Below are positions 19,582 to 29,383 of a stretch of 64,000 nucleotides of DNA, in pieces. Location: assembly GCA_963741205.1 (NCBI GenBank), contig CAVUHW010000008.1, forward strand, positions 32,001-96,000. The letters are read 5' to 3'. The number at the start of each line of letters is the position of its first letter. The stretch's first letter is position 1. The notes under the pieces are model-generated. The model saw only the letters and a program-made list of their open reading frames with translations. It was not told where the DNA came from and ran no database searches. The stretch is from Nitrospirota bacterium. GTDB lineage: Bacteria > Nitrospirota > UBA9217. Both the position numbers and the translations under genes were made by a program.

Positions 19582-20142
19582 ATGAATAAACAGCAGGCAT
19601 TACAAAAAATTGCTTCAGAAATCAGTGCATGCCGTCTCTGTAAAAAAGGAGGCACGGGAATGGCGGTTCCCGGGGAAGGCAATCCCGATGCAGAGGTGGT
19701 GTTCGTGGGCGAGGCGCCGGGGAAGGAAGAGGCAAAGAGCGGCAGGCCTTTTATCGGCAGGTCGGGCAGATTTCTGCGCCAGGAGATCCGAGAGCTCGGG
19801 CTCAACGAGGATGAAGTCTTCATCACCAGCCCCGGACACTATCTTCCGCTTCGCGGCACCCCTTCAAAAGAAACACTCATTCACGGCAGGGAGCATCTTT
19901 TCAAGCAGCTTTCAATCATCAAGCCCAGGATCATCGTGCTCCTTGGGAATTCGGCGTGCATTGCAATGCTTGACCGTAAGATGGAAATAACCAGGACGCA
20001 CGGAACGGTCATTGAAAAAGAGGGGAGGAAATATTTCATTACGTTTCATCCCGCTTATGCGATGCGGTTTCCGGAAGGGAAGAAACAGTTCATTCGGGAC
20101 TTCGCTCTCTTGAAAAAGATTATACAGGCCGGTCAAACATGA
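19582..20142 (+). CDS. Uracil-DNA glycosylase, family 4-like
   Basis: CRLC, VGEAPG..E..GRPFIGRSG, TFHPAY. Confidence 0.9.
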   Translation: MNKQQALQKIASEISACRLCKKGGTGMAVPGEGNPDAEVVFVGEAPGKEEAKSGRPFIGRSGRFLRQEIRELGLNEDEVFITSPGHYLPLRGTPSKETLIHGREHLFKQLSIIKPRIIVLLGNSACIAMLDRKMEITRTHGTVIEKEGRKYFITFHPAYAMRFPEGKKQFIRDFALLKKIIQAGQT

Positions 20143-20218
20143 TCCGGCCGTGTCCTGTGCTTTTGCGCTCCGAAAGACTCAGCAAAACCGTGGCATGACG
20201 ACGATTTCCTCTCATCAT

Positions 20219-21068
20219 TCATGAACTGGGCGCTTTCAACGATCGATGCTCCATCACCTGGGGGATAAGAATAACGCCGGGTTTTACCTTATCCTTGTGT
20301 TCAAGCTTATGCAGGAAGGCTCGAATCCGTTTTGCATTGGTCCCTACGTCGCTCAAGCCCACGCGTGAAACAGAACGAACATCAACCCTGCTTCCTTGCG
20401 GCGCGGGAAGAATCCTGACAACGACATCATCTTTGAACCCGAACCAGAGAGTGGTTGCCGTGGCCTCGATGCGCCCTTCGCGCGCGTTCGCATCAACGAT
20501 CTGCCATCCCATGTCATTCGCCGCGCGAAGCGCCCTTTCAAAAGCCGCGGTCTGCGGGACCGGCAGCTACGAGCGGTGCAATGTCCGGATACGCCGCTCG
20601 CTGCTGCGCGGCAACAACAGGACCGCCGTATTCCGCGGGATTGACGGCGTCTTTCCTCAATTGCAGAATTGCCGCGAACCGCGGCGGGTCCGCCGGATCG
20701 GTCGTGATGTCGTGGATCCGCGGCAGCTGCTGCGCCGTGCGCAACCATGACCAGGGTATGCCGGCCGCCAAGAGACCGATCAGAATTCCGGCCGCGGCCA
20801 TGAAGAGAGCCGCACGTCGATACGCGTGCTTCACGGCGATGCCGCCGGCCAGGGAGAGTACCGCAGCGGCTAGCCCGGCAACAGCAGCCCACCGAAGAAT
20901 AGCAAAACCGGTCGTGAAATGCCACCACGCCCACCTGGTTCCGAAGCCTGCAAAGGCTTCGGCAATGCCTGCAAACACAGCCACCACAAGACCAACTGGC
21001 GCGAGGTATGCGGTGAATGCGCCCACTGGCATAAATGTATGCTTCAGAGTATCCTGATGAGTAGTCAT
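20219..21068 (-). CDS. DUF1499 domain membrane protein (frameshifted)
   Basis: PRIHDITTD, AAYPDI, EATATTLWFGFKDDVVVR..VDVRSVSRVG..DVGTNAKRI. Confidence 0.85.
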
Positions 21069-21266
21069 GACAAATCTCCTTCGCCCGAAAACAAGCTCAA
21101 ATAAATCCTGTTTATATTCTAGCACGATCCTCGATTGTGGTTTACACAGAGCCGGCTGATCCTCAATTCGTATGCCCTTTGTATGAGAGATCGGTATGCT
21201 GTATAATAAGGAAGACGAAACGATCCAGTCCGGACGCAGTAAAGGCTGTAGAAAAGGAGAAATCGC

Positions 21267-22086
21267 GTGATTCCTTATCCTCACATAAATCCTGAAATCG
21301 TACGCATCGGCCCCGTTCGCCCTGCGATGGTACGGACTCATGTACGCGGCCGGGTTTGCAGCATCCTATGTGCTGGTCAGACGACAAATTAGTGAGCTGA
21401 ATCAAAGGACAGGGGGGAAGGGCCGTGAACAGAAAGGCGTCGTGTTCCCGGAAGCCTTTCTTGATTCTCTCTATACCTACCTGGTCCTCGGCCTCATCCT
21501 CGGCGCCAGGCTGGGATATGTGCTTTTTTACGATCTGGCGAGCTATGCGGGTAAACCTCTCGAGATATTCGCGGTCTGGCACGGCGGCATGTCCTTCCAC
21601 GGAGGCATGATCGGTACTCTCCTGGCGGGCTATCTGTGCTGCAGGAAATATCGTGTCGATTACTGGCTGGCCGCCGACCTCGTCGTCGTAACCGCTCCCA
21701 TCGGGCTCGGCCTGGGAAGGCTCGGGAACTTCATCAACGGAGAGCTCTACGGCAGGGTGACCGACGTGCCCTGGGCCATGGTGTTTCCCGGGGGAGGCCC
21801 GCTGCCGCGGCATCCGTCGCAACTCTATGAGTTCGGACTCGAGGGCGTGCTGCTGTTCACGATCCTCTGGATTGCCAAGGACAGACGACACGCGCCGGGG
21901 ATGATGACGGCCCTCATCCTCATGCTCTACGGCCTGTTCCGATTCCTGGTGGAGTTTTTCCGGGAACCTGATGCTCAGCTCGGTTTTATCGCAGGTCCTT
22001 TTACCATGGGGCAGGTCTTGAGCGCACTCACGGCGGCAGTCGGGATTGCCCTGTATTTCTTCCGGAAGAGAGCAGCCGCGGTCTGA
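21267..22086 (+). CDS. lgt: Prolipoprotein diacylglyceryl transferase (frameshift near 21315)
   Basis: GARLGYVLFY, GGMSFHGG, GRLGNFINGELYGR, RHPSQLYE. Confidence 0.95.
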
Positions 22087-22121
22087 GCTTTCCTTAATAT
22101 AAAACGAGGGAGGTCTGTGCA

Positions 22122-23253
22122 ATGAGCGAGGGTGGAGTCATTTCCTCGGAAGAGCTGAAAAAGAGGCTGGATGATAAGCAAGTGGACTTCCTGCTCGACC
22201 TCAGGAACGAGGACGAGTTCAAGTCCTGGCGTATCGAGGGGCGTGCGGATTTCGAGGCATTGAATATCCCCCAGGAAGAGTTCGTGGGTGAAGAGGAGCG
22301 TCATCTCGCCAAATTCCCGAAGGGAAAGGAAATCGTGACCGTTTGCGCCCATGGTGACTCGTCGAAGTATGCCGCAGAGCTGCTCCAGGGCCTTGGCATC
22401 AGCGCCGTCAGTCTCAAGGGCGGCATGGACGCCTGGAGCGGATTTTATGAGACGCACAAGATCGCCGATGACCCTACCATCTATCAGATCTATCGCGTGG
22501 CGCGAGGTTGCCTGGCCTATCTCGTAGTATCGCAAGGCGCCGCCGTCGTGATCGACGCGGCCCGCCATCTCGACCGCATCGAGAACCTCGCGGCCTCGCA
22601 GAACTTACGAATCGACAAAGTTTTCGACACCCACCTTCATGCAGACCACATCTCGGGAGGCCGGGAGCTTGCCGAAAAGTCAGGCGCTGCCTACTATCTG
22701 CATCCGGCTGACGCGCGATGGCGCACGATACCCCTATGTTCCCTTCGCGGACAATCAGATCTTCATTTTCGGAACGAACATCATCGAGGTAATCCATTCC
22801 CCCGGACATACACCCGGAAGCACGTCGTTCCTGCTGAACAACAGATATCTCTTCACCGGGGACACGATCATGAAAACCGGCATCGGGAGGCCGGACCTCG
22901 GGGGGAAGGCCGCCGAATGGGCTTCGCTTCTTTATGATACTCTCTTCAGGCGATTCAAGGGTCTTGACGACAGGGTCATCGTCCTGCCGAGTCATTCATC
23001 GTCAGTACGGGAGCAGGACGGCAGCGGCGTCATCATGACGACCATGGGCCGGGCGAGGAAGGAGCTGGACCTGTTTCAGATCCGGGATGAGGCAGCCTTC
23101 ATTCGATACATTCAGAAAAACCTGCTGGAGAACCCGGAGCGTTATCAGGACATTCGCAAGGCGAACCTCGGAATAGCGAGGTTCGATGAGGCCAGGCAAA
23201 AGGAACTGGAGATAGGCAAGAACGTCTGCGGGATGGCAACGAAGGGTGGATAG
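22122..23253 (+). CDS. Rhodanese plus MBL-fold hydrolase (persulfide dioxygenase-like), frameshift near 22715
   Basis: TVCAHG rhodanese loop; THLHADHISG; SPGHTPG; TGD; PSH. Confidence 0.87.
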
Positions 23254-23335
23254 TTTGGAGCATGGGGGCCTCAAGACCTGCGGGGATGACCGAGTCGGTC
23301 ATGTCGGGGAGGAATGAATACGATGGTTGTCCCGA

Positions 23336-24238
23336 TCATGAGCGATCTTTCGGAAAGGAAACGGCTGCGAGCGCGTTCATGGGGCCCACGGTCTTCAGCC
23401 GCTCAAGCTGATGTTCATTTCGCACGAAAAATGATCCGGCAAAGGCCAGAGAGTTGATTGAAATGTCTTCGAAAAATTCTTTGGACCTTGGCACGAGCAG
23501 CATCCAGTCCCGGGTCACCAGGAGACAATAGGGCAGGGATTGTCGTATGCGACCTGATAATTGCGGGGCCGTCATCCCGACGCTGGAAAGCATCGTACGG
23601 TAGAGCTCGAAGGTCATCCGAGCCGCCTTTGGCGGTGAGCCGGCTAAATCTCCGTCGAAGCGAATGAAAGAGTGGAGGAAGGGAAATCCGGGCGCCACAC
23701 TCACGCCGCTTTTTGGCGACTGCGAGATCATGGGCTCGACCGGGATTGCCGGACCATTCGGTGCGAGGGGAAGCGGGACAAGCTGGAGATGCTTGTGCTG
23801 CTGGCTCGCGCCGGCTTCGCGGCCGCCGTTGTAAAATCCGAGACTGTTGTATTCCGCCATGCACAGCCAGAGCGCCTCAAAGTCAGGGAGCGTCAGCAGC
23901 ATGTCCTGGTCTTCGAACTCGCGGGTAACGATCAGAAGGTGGTTCTCCACGACGTTGAATTTGTTTAAAAGCGCCAGGTGTGTCTCCGAAATATCCGCAA
24001 CCGTGAGGTCCTTTTCGGGCGGAAGGAAGGGATTTGCATTTTCCCCTTTCTTGGTTTCCGCCTCCTGTTTCTCCCGCGCCTCATCCTTGCGCTGCAGGTT
24101 GGCGAGCACTCTTACGAAGAACCGTACTCCCTGGTCTTCAATATAAGCATGGTCCGTGGGGATCGGCACGAGAGCGCCTGCGGAAAGCGCATGCTTCGTG
24201 GTCGCAACAACTCTTTCCCACAGAGATCCTTTTTCCAT
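23336..24238 (-). CDS. Ap4A phosphorylase / ATP adenylyltransferase family
   Basis: NPFLPPE, LLNKFNVVENHLL, FYNGGREAGASQQHKHLQ. Confidence 0.9.
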   Translation of the reverse strand: MEKGSLWERVVATTKHALSAGALVPIPTDHAYIEDQGVRFFVRVLANLQRKDEAREKQEAETKKGENANPFLPPEKDLTVADISETHLALLNKFNVVENHLLIVTREFEDQDMLLTLPDFEALWLCMAEYNSLGFYNGGREAGASQQHKHLQLVPLPLAPNGPAIPVEPMISQSPKSGVSVAPGFPFLHSFIRFDGDLAGSPPKAARMTFELYRTMLSSVGMTAPQLSGRIRQSLPYCLLVTRDWMLLVPRSKEFFEDISINSLAFAGSFFVRNEHQLERLKTVGPMNALAAVSFPKDRS

Positions 24239-24339
24239 TTTGCCCTTTCCTTGAAATTACGGCAAGATTATAACATATCGAGCGGGTAAAATCCGAACGC
24301 GGCCAGTGTCGCGAACGCCGAAGGGCGACGCCTGCGTGG

Positions 24340-24570
24340 TCAGGCTGCTTGATGTTTCAGCCGGTAGGTGATCCTTCCCCGGGTGAGATCGTAGGGGGAG
24401 AGCTCAACGGTGACGCGGTCGCCCGGCAGGATCTTGATATAGTGTATCCGGAGCTTTCCGGACAGGTGGGCCAGCACCATGTGGCCTCCCTCCATCTCGA
24501 CACGGAACATCGCATTGGGGAGCGCTTCAACGACCTGTCCCTGCACTTCTATGACATCTTCCTTGGCCAT
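24340..24570 (-). CDS. infA: Translation initiation factor IF-1
   Basis: [40 protein letters not shown]. Confidence 0.98.
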   Translation of the reverse strand: MAKEDVIEVQGQVVEALPNAMFRVEMEGGHMVLAHLSGKLRIHYIKILPGDRVTVELSPYDLTRGRITYRLKHQAA

Positions 24571-24728
24571 GCCGAAACCTCTTTATTCCCCCTGTCAGAC
24601 TCGGCGGAATAAGAGCGCTCTTGCGCTTATATCTAAATTATAGCTCAATTCAGCCGTATGATACGGATCATAGCGACGCGGCCCCTTTTCCCTTATACTG
24701 TCATTACAAAAAAACAAGGAGGTGCCCA

Positions 24729-25187
24729 ATGAGCACGAACCATACCGTTGATTGTCCATCCTGTTCCTCGATCAAGACCGCCCCATCCGCAAATGACAAG
24801 GATGTCCGGCTCACGCAATGGCCGATCCAAATCAAGCTGATCGGCACGGCCGCGCCCTTTCTCGAAGATGCCGATCTTCTCGTGGCGGCCGACTGCACGG
24901 CCTTCGCGACGCCGGGGTTCCACGAGAAGTTTCTGCCGGGCAGGAAGGTCCTGATCGGCTGCCCCAAGCTGGATGACGCCATGCAGTACCTGTCGAAGTT
25001 CACCGAAATTTTCGGTACTGTGCCCGTCAAGAGAGTGACCTGCTTGAGGATGGAAGTGCCCTGCTGTGGCGGGATGACGGCGGTCCTGAAAGAGGCGATC
25101 GTCCGCTCCGGGAGAAAAATACCCATGACGGAAACGATCGTGGGCGTGAAGGGCGACGTTCTTTCGGAAAAGAGTATTTTGGAATAA
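24729..25187 (+). CDS. Cys-rich putative Fe-S-binding protein (WPIQ..AADC..GCPKLD..EVPCC family)
   Basis: Conserved motif set usually seen C-terminal to a ferredoxin domain; RBS aggagg. Confidence 0.8.
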   Translation: MSTNHTVDCPSCSSIKTAPSANDKDVRLTQWPIQIKLIGTAAPFLEDADLLVAADCTAFATPGFHEKFLPGRKVLIGCPKLDDAMQYLSKFTEIFGTVPVKRVTCLRMEVPCCGGMTAVLKEAIVRSGRKIPMTETIVGVKGDVLSEKSILE

Positions 25188-25429
25188 GACAGAAAAGGGG
25201 AACGAGGTATGCTGGCTGTCAATCCTGCCAGAGATTGACGATGCAACCCTCCGTTCCCCGTTTTCTTCGCCGGACGATCACGTAGCAGCTCTTGTCGGAC
25301 TTCTTGGCGAGTTTTTTGAACCCTTCCACGACCACGGCCACCATTTTCGTGTACCGATCATGCGGCGCCCTCTTCGAGCACCTGATCAACCGTGTCGCAG
25401 TCCGGATTGACGACCCGGTGTGTGACTTT

Positions 25430-25594
25430 TCATTTCAACGTTAATAAATCTTCAGAACCGCCGCCCTCACCGAGGGACGCGAATATTTTTTCCCTTCGCT
25501 CATCCGCAAGTTTGGCCACAGTAAAGCAGGACATCAGGGTCACCGTGAAAAAACCGCCTGTTATAAATACCAATGCACCCACGATCAAACTCAT
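25430..25594 (-). CDS. Unannotated 54-aa single-TM microprotein
   Basis: MSLIVGALVFITGGFFTVTLMSCFTVAKLADERREKIFASLGEGGGSEDLLTLK; aagggg RBS-like upstream; follows a sigma54 promoter. Confidence 0.55.
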   Translation of the reverse strand: MSLIVGALVFITGGFFTVTLMSCFTVAKLADERREKIFASLGEGGGSEDLLTLK

Positions 25595-25647
25595 CACTGC
25601 ACCCCTTGTATTCGCGGATTGTTGTTGAACCTACCTGTTAATTATTA

Positions 25648-25663
25648 AGCAAAAAAGTTGCCA
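25648..25663 (-). promoter_or_regulatory. Sigma54 (-24/-12) promoter
   Basis: Minus strand TGGCAAC-TTTT-TTGCT (GG-N10-GC); IHF-like site ~25682-25694; TGT-N10-ACA sites at 25717 and 25801. Confidence 0.7.
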
Positions 25664-25884
25664 TCATGCATTTGCTTTATAGTTCAGTAAGTTGTCAAGC
25701 TGCGCATGCCTGAAACTGTCGAAATATGAACATTCTTTGTATGTGAATAAATAAATATTGATCGCAACATGTTGAAATATAGGGAAACTGCTTGCTGTTT
25801 TGTCGTAATTCCGACAGCGACAATAATATGTCGTCGATTGAGGGGTTGCAAAGCGGAGCTGGAAGACGTGCTTGCTTGGACCGA

Positions 25885-26865
25885 TCAGAAGTTTTCGATG
25901 ACTGCCGCAGCGAAGAGAGGAAACATGATCTCGTGGTGGCCGGTGAGCGCAAAACCCCTGCCGCCGCCCTGGGTGGGCCTGCGCACGACATTGGTGTTGG
26001 GCCGGTAGTGCTGGACAAAGTCCATGTTGACCGTGGTGAAGTGCCGAAGCGGCTGCCCAAGGTTCCGCGCGAGGGTCACTGCCTTGAGGAATATCTCGGG
26101 CAGGAGCACCGCGGAGCCGAGGTTGATGTACACGCCGCCCTCAAGGTCCGAGACGAGCGAACAAAAGGCCAGAAAATCCCGATGCGACGCCTCGCCGGTC
26201 GCTCTACCGTCGAAGGAAGGGTGCATGTGGATAATATCGGTCCCGATGGCGACATGGACCGTAACCGGCACGCCGAGCCGGTGCCCGGCCGCGAGCAGGC
26301 TGTTGCCCTTGTAGGGAAAGTCGCCTGAATGTATCATCCTGCCGACGGCGGCGCCGATGCCCTCGTCCGCTCCGGCTGAGCCGATCGCCTGATTCAGCAT
26401 GCTGCCGGTCTCTTCGGCCATGCCGAAGGCGCCGGACAGGATCTCCCGGTCGACGTCCTCCGACGTCCGCCCGACGAACGCAAGCTCGAAGTCGTGGATG
26501 ATCCCCGCGCCGTTGAGCGACAGGCTCGTGATGATCTTCCGCTCCATGAGGTCTATAATGACGGGGTTCAGGCCGACCTTGATGGAATGGGCGCCCATGC
26601 CGAGCATGACGGGCCGATCGTCCTTCCGGGCCTGGGTCACGGCGGCCACAACGTCCTTGAGGTGACGCGACGCGAGAATATTCGGGAGGGACGCGATGAA
26701 ATCCTGGAAGCTCCCGCCTTTCACATGGGGACGGGAAAAATCATCGATCCGGACCTTGCTTTCGCGGCCCTTGATCGAATATGTTTTTACGCGTGAGACG
26801 TCGATCTTTTTCACTTGTGTAGTTACCGGATTATTTGCTATGGCTGCCGAACAGTTCTTCGTCAA
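25885..26865 (-). CDS. Conserved hypothetical protein, deoxyhypusine-synthase-like fold (true start probably near 26815)
   Basis: GMGAHSIKVG, NGAGIIHDFE, VHVAIGTDIIH, NLGSAVLLPE, GHHEI. Confidence 0.75.
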   Translation of the reverse strand: MTKNCSAAIANNPVTTQVKKIDVSRVKTYSIKGRESKVRIDDFSRPHVKGGSFQDFIASLPNILASRHLKDVVAAVTQARKDDRPVMLGMGAHSIKVGLNPVIIDLMERKIITSLSLNGAGIIHDFELAFVGRTSEDVDREILSGAFGMAEETGSMLNQAIGSAGADEGIGAAVGRMIHSGDFPYKGNSLLAAGHRLGVPVTVHVAIGTDIIHMHPSFDGRATGEASHRDFLAFCSLVSDLEGGVYINLGSAVLLPEIFLKAVTLARNLGQPLRHFTTVNMDFVQHYRPNTNVVRRPTQGGGRGFALTGHHEIMFPLFAAAVIENF

Positions 26866-27412
26866 CCAGCTGGCAAATGGTATGTCCGAGGGTGATATGC
26901 GTTTCCTGGATCCTCGGCGTCATTTTGGTCGGCACGATGAACGTGAAATCCGCGAGGCCTGCCATTCTGCCGCCGGTGCCGCCGGTCAGGGCGATGGTCT
27001 TCATCCCGTTCTTTTTCGCGACCTCCAGGGCCTTGATGACATTGGGCGAATTGCCGCTGGTGCTGATGCCGATCACCACGTCTCCCTCGTGCCCCAGGGC
27101 GCTCAATTGCTTGGAAAAGACCTGCGAAAAGTCATAATCGTTGCTGATGCAGGTAAGAAGCGCCGCGTCGGAGTTCAGGGCGACAGCGGGAAGGGGGGGG
27201 CGCTCGATGAGGAAGCGGTTCATGAACTCTGCGGCGATGTGCGAGGCATCCATGGCGCTGCCCCCGTTGCCGAAGAGGATGACCTTTCTACCCTCACGAA
27301 AGGCCTGGGCGATCAACTGGACCACTTCCACGATTTTGTCCGCGTTTTCCCTGGCGAACTTGATCTTTATCTGGGCGCTTTCCTCGAATGCTTTTAGGAT
27401 TGTTTCTTTCAT
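26831..27412 (-). CDS. gmhA: D-sedoheptulose-7-phosphate isomerase
   Basis: FGNGGSAMDASHIAAE, ISTSGNS, RIQETH. Confidence 0.95.
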   Translation of the reverse strand: MKETILKAFEESAQIKIKFARENADKIVEVVQLIAQAFREGRKVILFGNGGSAMDASHIAAEFMNRFLIERPPLPAVALNSDAALLTCISNDYDFSQVFSKQLSALGHEGDVVIGISTSGNSPNVIKALEVAKKNGMKTIALTGGTGGRMAGLADFTFIVPTKMTPRIQETHITLGHTICQLVDEELFGSHSK

Positions 27413-27520
27413 GCCGCGCTCCTGGATCGGATATGAACATTTGCGCGTTCATTATATGGCAAGGGAGGGAAAAGTCAAGGCGAAAAGGCCGTCGTGAAAC
27501 GAGAGCGCCGCGTATCCGGA

Positions 27521-28309
27521 TCAGGAGCGCAGAAAATCTGCAAGTCTGCCGAATTCCTCGACGGAGAGGGTCTCCGCCCTGCGGCCGAGATCGATGCCCG
27601 TTTTCTCGGGTGCCGCGTCAAACTTCTCCCGGGGCAGGTCAAGTTGTCTCAGGGCGTTTTTGAGTGTTTTTCTGCGCTGGGAAAAGGCCGCCTTCACGAC
27701 GCGCAGGAAGAAGCCCTGATCCTGCACGGGAATCGCGGGCCCGCCGCGGACGAGAAGCGAGACGACCGCGGAATCCACGTCCGGCCTCGGCGTGAACGCG
27801 CCGGCAGGGACCGTGAATTCGATCCGCGGCTCCGTGTATAGTTGGACAAGCACCGAGAGATAGCCGTACTCCTTTCCCCCGGGGGGTGATGCGATGCGGT
27901 CCGCGACTTCCTTCTGGAGCATGAGCGTGAGGCTCACAAACTTGTCGCGGTGCGCTATGAGTACCTGGAGTACGGCGGTGGAAATGTAATAGGGCAGGTT
28001 GGCCACGACCTTCCAAGTGCCGGGGAGTGATTCGTAGGGATAGGCAAGGGCGTCCGCCTGGACGACTTCTACGTTCCGGCTCCCGCCGAATTCCTCGCGC
28101 AGACGGGGAATGAGTCTCTCATCCAACTCGATGGCGAGCACGTTTCCCGCCGAGGCGGACAATGCGCGGGTGAGGTGGCCGAGTCCCGGTCCGATCTCGA
28201 GGACCTTATCGCCGGTCTCCAGCCGGGCCGCGCTGACGATCTTGTGAATGTAGTGAGGGTCCTTGAGAAAATTCTGACCCAGAGACTTCTTCGCTCGAAT
28301 TGGATCCAT
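27521..28309 (-). CDS. rsmA: 16S rRNA m6,2A dimethyltransferase
   Basis: KKSLGQNFL, LEIGPGLG, ANLPYYI, FSQRRKTL. Confidence 0.97.
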   Translation of the reverse strand: MDPIRAKKSLGQNFLKDPHYIHKIVSAARLETGDKVLEIGPGLGHLTRALSASAGNVLAIELDERLIPRLREEFGGSRNVEVVQADALAYPYESLPGTWKVVANLPYYISTAVLQVLIAHRDKFVSLTLMLQKEVADRIASPPGGKEYGYLSVLVQLYTEPRIEFTVPAGAFTPRPDVDSAVVSLLVRGGPAIPVQDQGFFLRVVKAAFSQRRKTLKNALRQLDLPREKFDAAPEKTGIDLGRRAETLSVEEFGRLADFLRS

Positions 28310-28336
28310 GGGTTCGGGAATCCCGCGCGCCCGCCG

Positions 28337-28783
28337 TCAGCGAAAAGCGCCCTCTCCCGAAAAGTCGACGCTTCCGTCCTCCCGGTTTTTGAAATGGGCC
28401 ATCATCCTCGTAACGACCCCCTCCGGGTCCTGGAACGGTTCGTCAGGTTGTAACTGGCTCAGTCGCTGCCGAAGATATTGTTCTTCCGCCTGCATAAGGG
28501 AAACGAACTGGATGCCGCCCCGATACCGATCGCCGTTTTTTTTGCACCACACGAGAAACCCGCACTTCTGACCGTAGACATGCTCCATGAACCAGATGAT
28601 GCCCGGCGTGATCGGATGATCGACCTCAATTCCCAGGCCGATTACGCTGAGATCGACAATGGTGACATTATGCTCCGTCCATGCGAGATCTTGAAACGAA
28701 ATGACGCCCAGCCTGCAGTCGCGAGTCGGAGTGACAGGGTGCCGCATTACTCCTTGTCTTCGCGTATATCTTTTTTCGTTCAT
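28337..28783 (-). CDS. Hypothetical protein, PilZ-like
   Basis: N-terminal Arg-rich stretch, DLSVIGLG (DxSxxG), VWC..YRGGIQF. Confidence 0.55.
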   Translation of the reverse strand: MNEKRYTRRQGVMRHPVTPTRDCRLGVISFQDLAWTEHNVTIVDLSVIGLGIEVDHPITPGIIWFMEHVYGQKCGFLVWCKKNGDRYRGGIQFVSLMQAEEQYLRQRLSQLQPDEPFQDPEGVVTRMMAHFKNREDGSVDFSGEGAFR

Positions 28784-28804
28784 GATTCGAGCCGCCGCTT
28801 ACGA

Positions 28805-29239
28805 TCACCCGCTCTTCTTGGTCGCGTACATGAAGTCGACATAGCCGGCAATTTGCGTCTTGCCTTCATCTGAAACCTGACGGATCTTTCTCACCAGCTG
28901 GATCTCATCCATGCTCAAGAGCTTCGCAAGGTAGTTGCACTGTTCTTCCGAAAGGGGATAAATGCGTTTCTCACGTTTCAATTTCGATTGCGAGGGGGCG
29001 AGAAACAGGCCCTGCATCTCGGGGGGGACTTTCTCACGGTGCGCCGTCATGATCAGGATGGACTTGTCCAAGCCCAGCTTGTTGGCGATCACGATGAGGG
29101 TTTTGTCTTTCGGAACGTGCCGCCTGTTGATGGTGACTCTCAGGAGTTCGGGGCTTATGCCGAGAAACTTCGCTGCATCCTTCAGATTGTGGAACCCCTT
29201 CTTTTCGAGCGCCTGATTGATTATTTCGGCTATATTCAT
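28805..29239 (-). CDS. XRE-type HTH protein
   Basis: LKDAAKFLGISPELLRVTINRRHVP..IANKLG. Confidence 0.7.
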   Translation of the reverse strand: MNIAEIINQALEKKGFHNLKDAAKFLGISPELLRVTINRRHVPKDKTLIVIANKLGLDKSILIMTAHREKVPPEMQGLFLAPSQSKLKREKRIYPLSEEQCNYLAKLLSMDEIQLVRKIRQVSDEGKTQIAGYVDFMYATKKSG

Positions 29240-29383
29240 GGCACTGTTGTCCTCATATTGTTTTATTCAACCCGCGGTCTCTGTCACTCACTCGATGATG
29301 CTGATTTCAGGAGCACATCCCTTCGTCCAACTATAGCATAAGAATAAAAAAACATACAAGCTTTTTCAGAGGTCCACCGCCCG

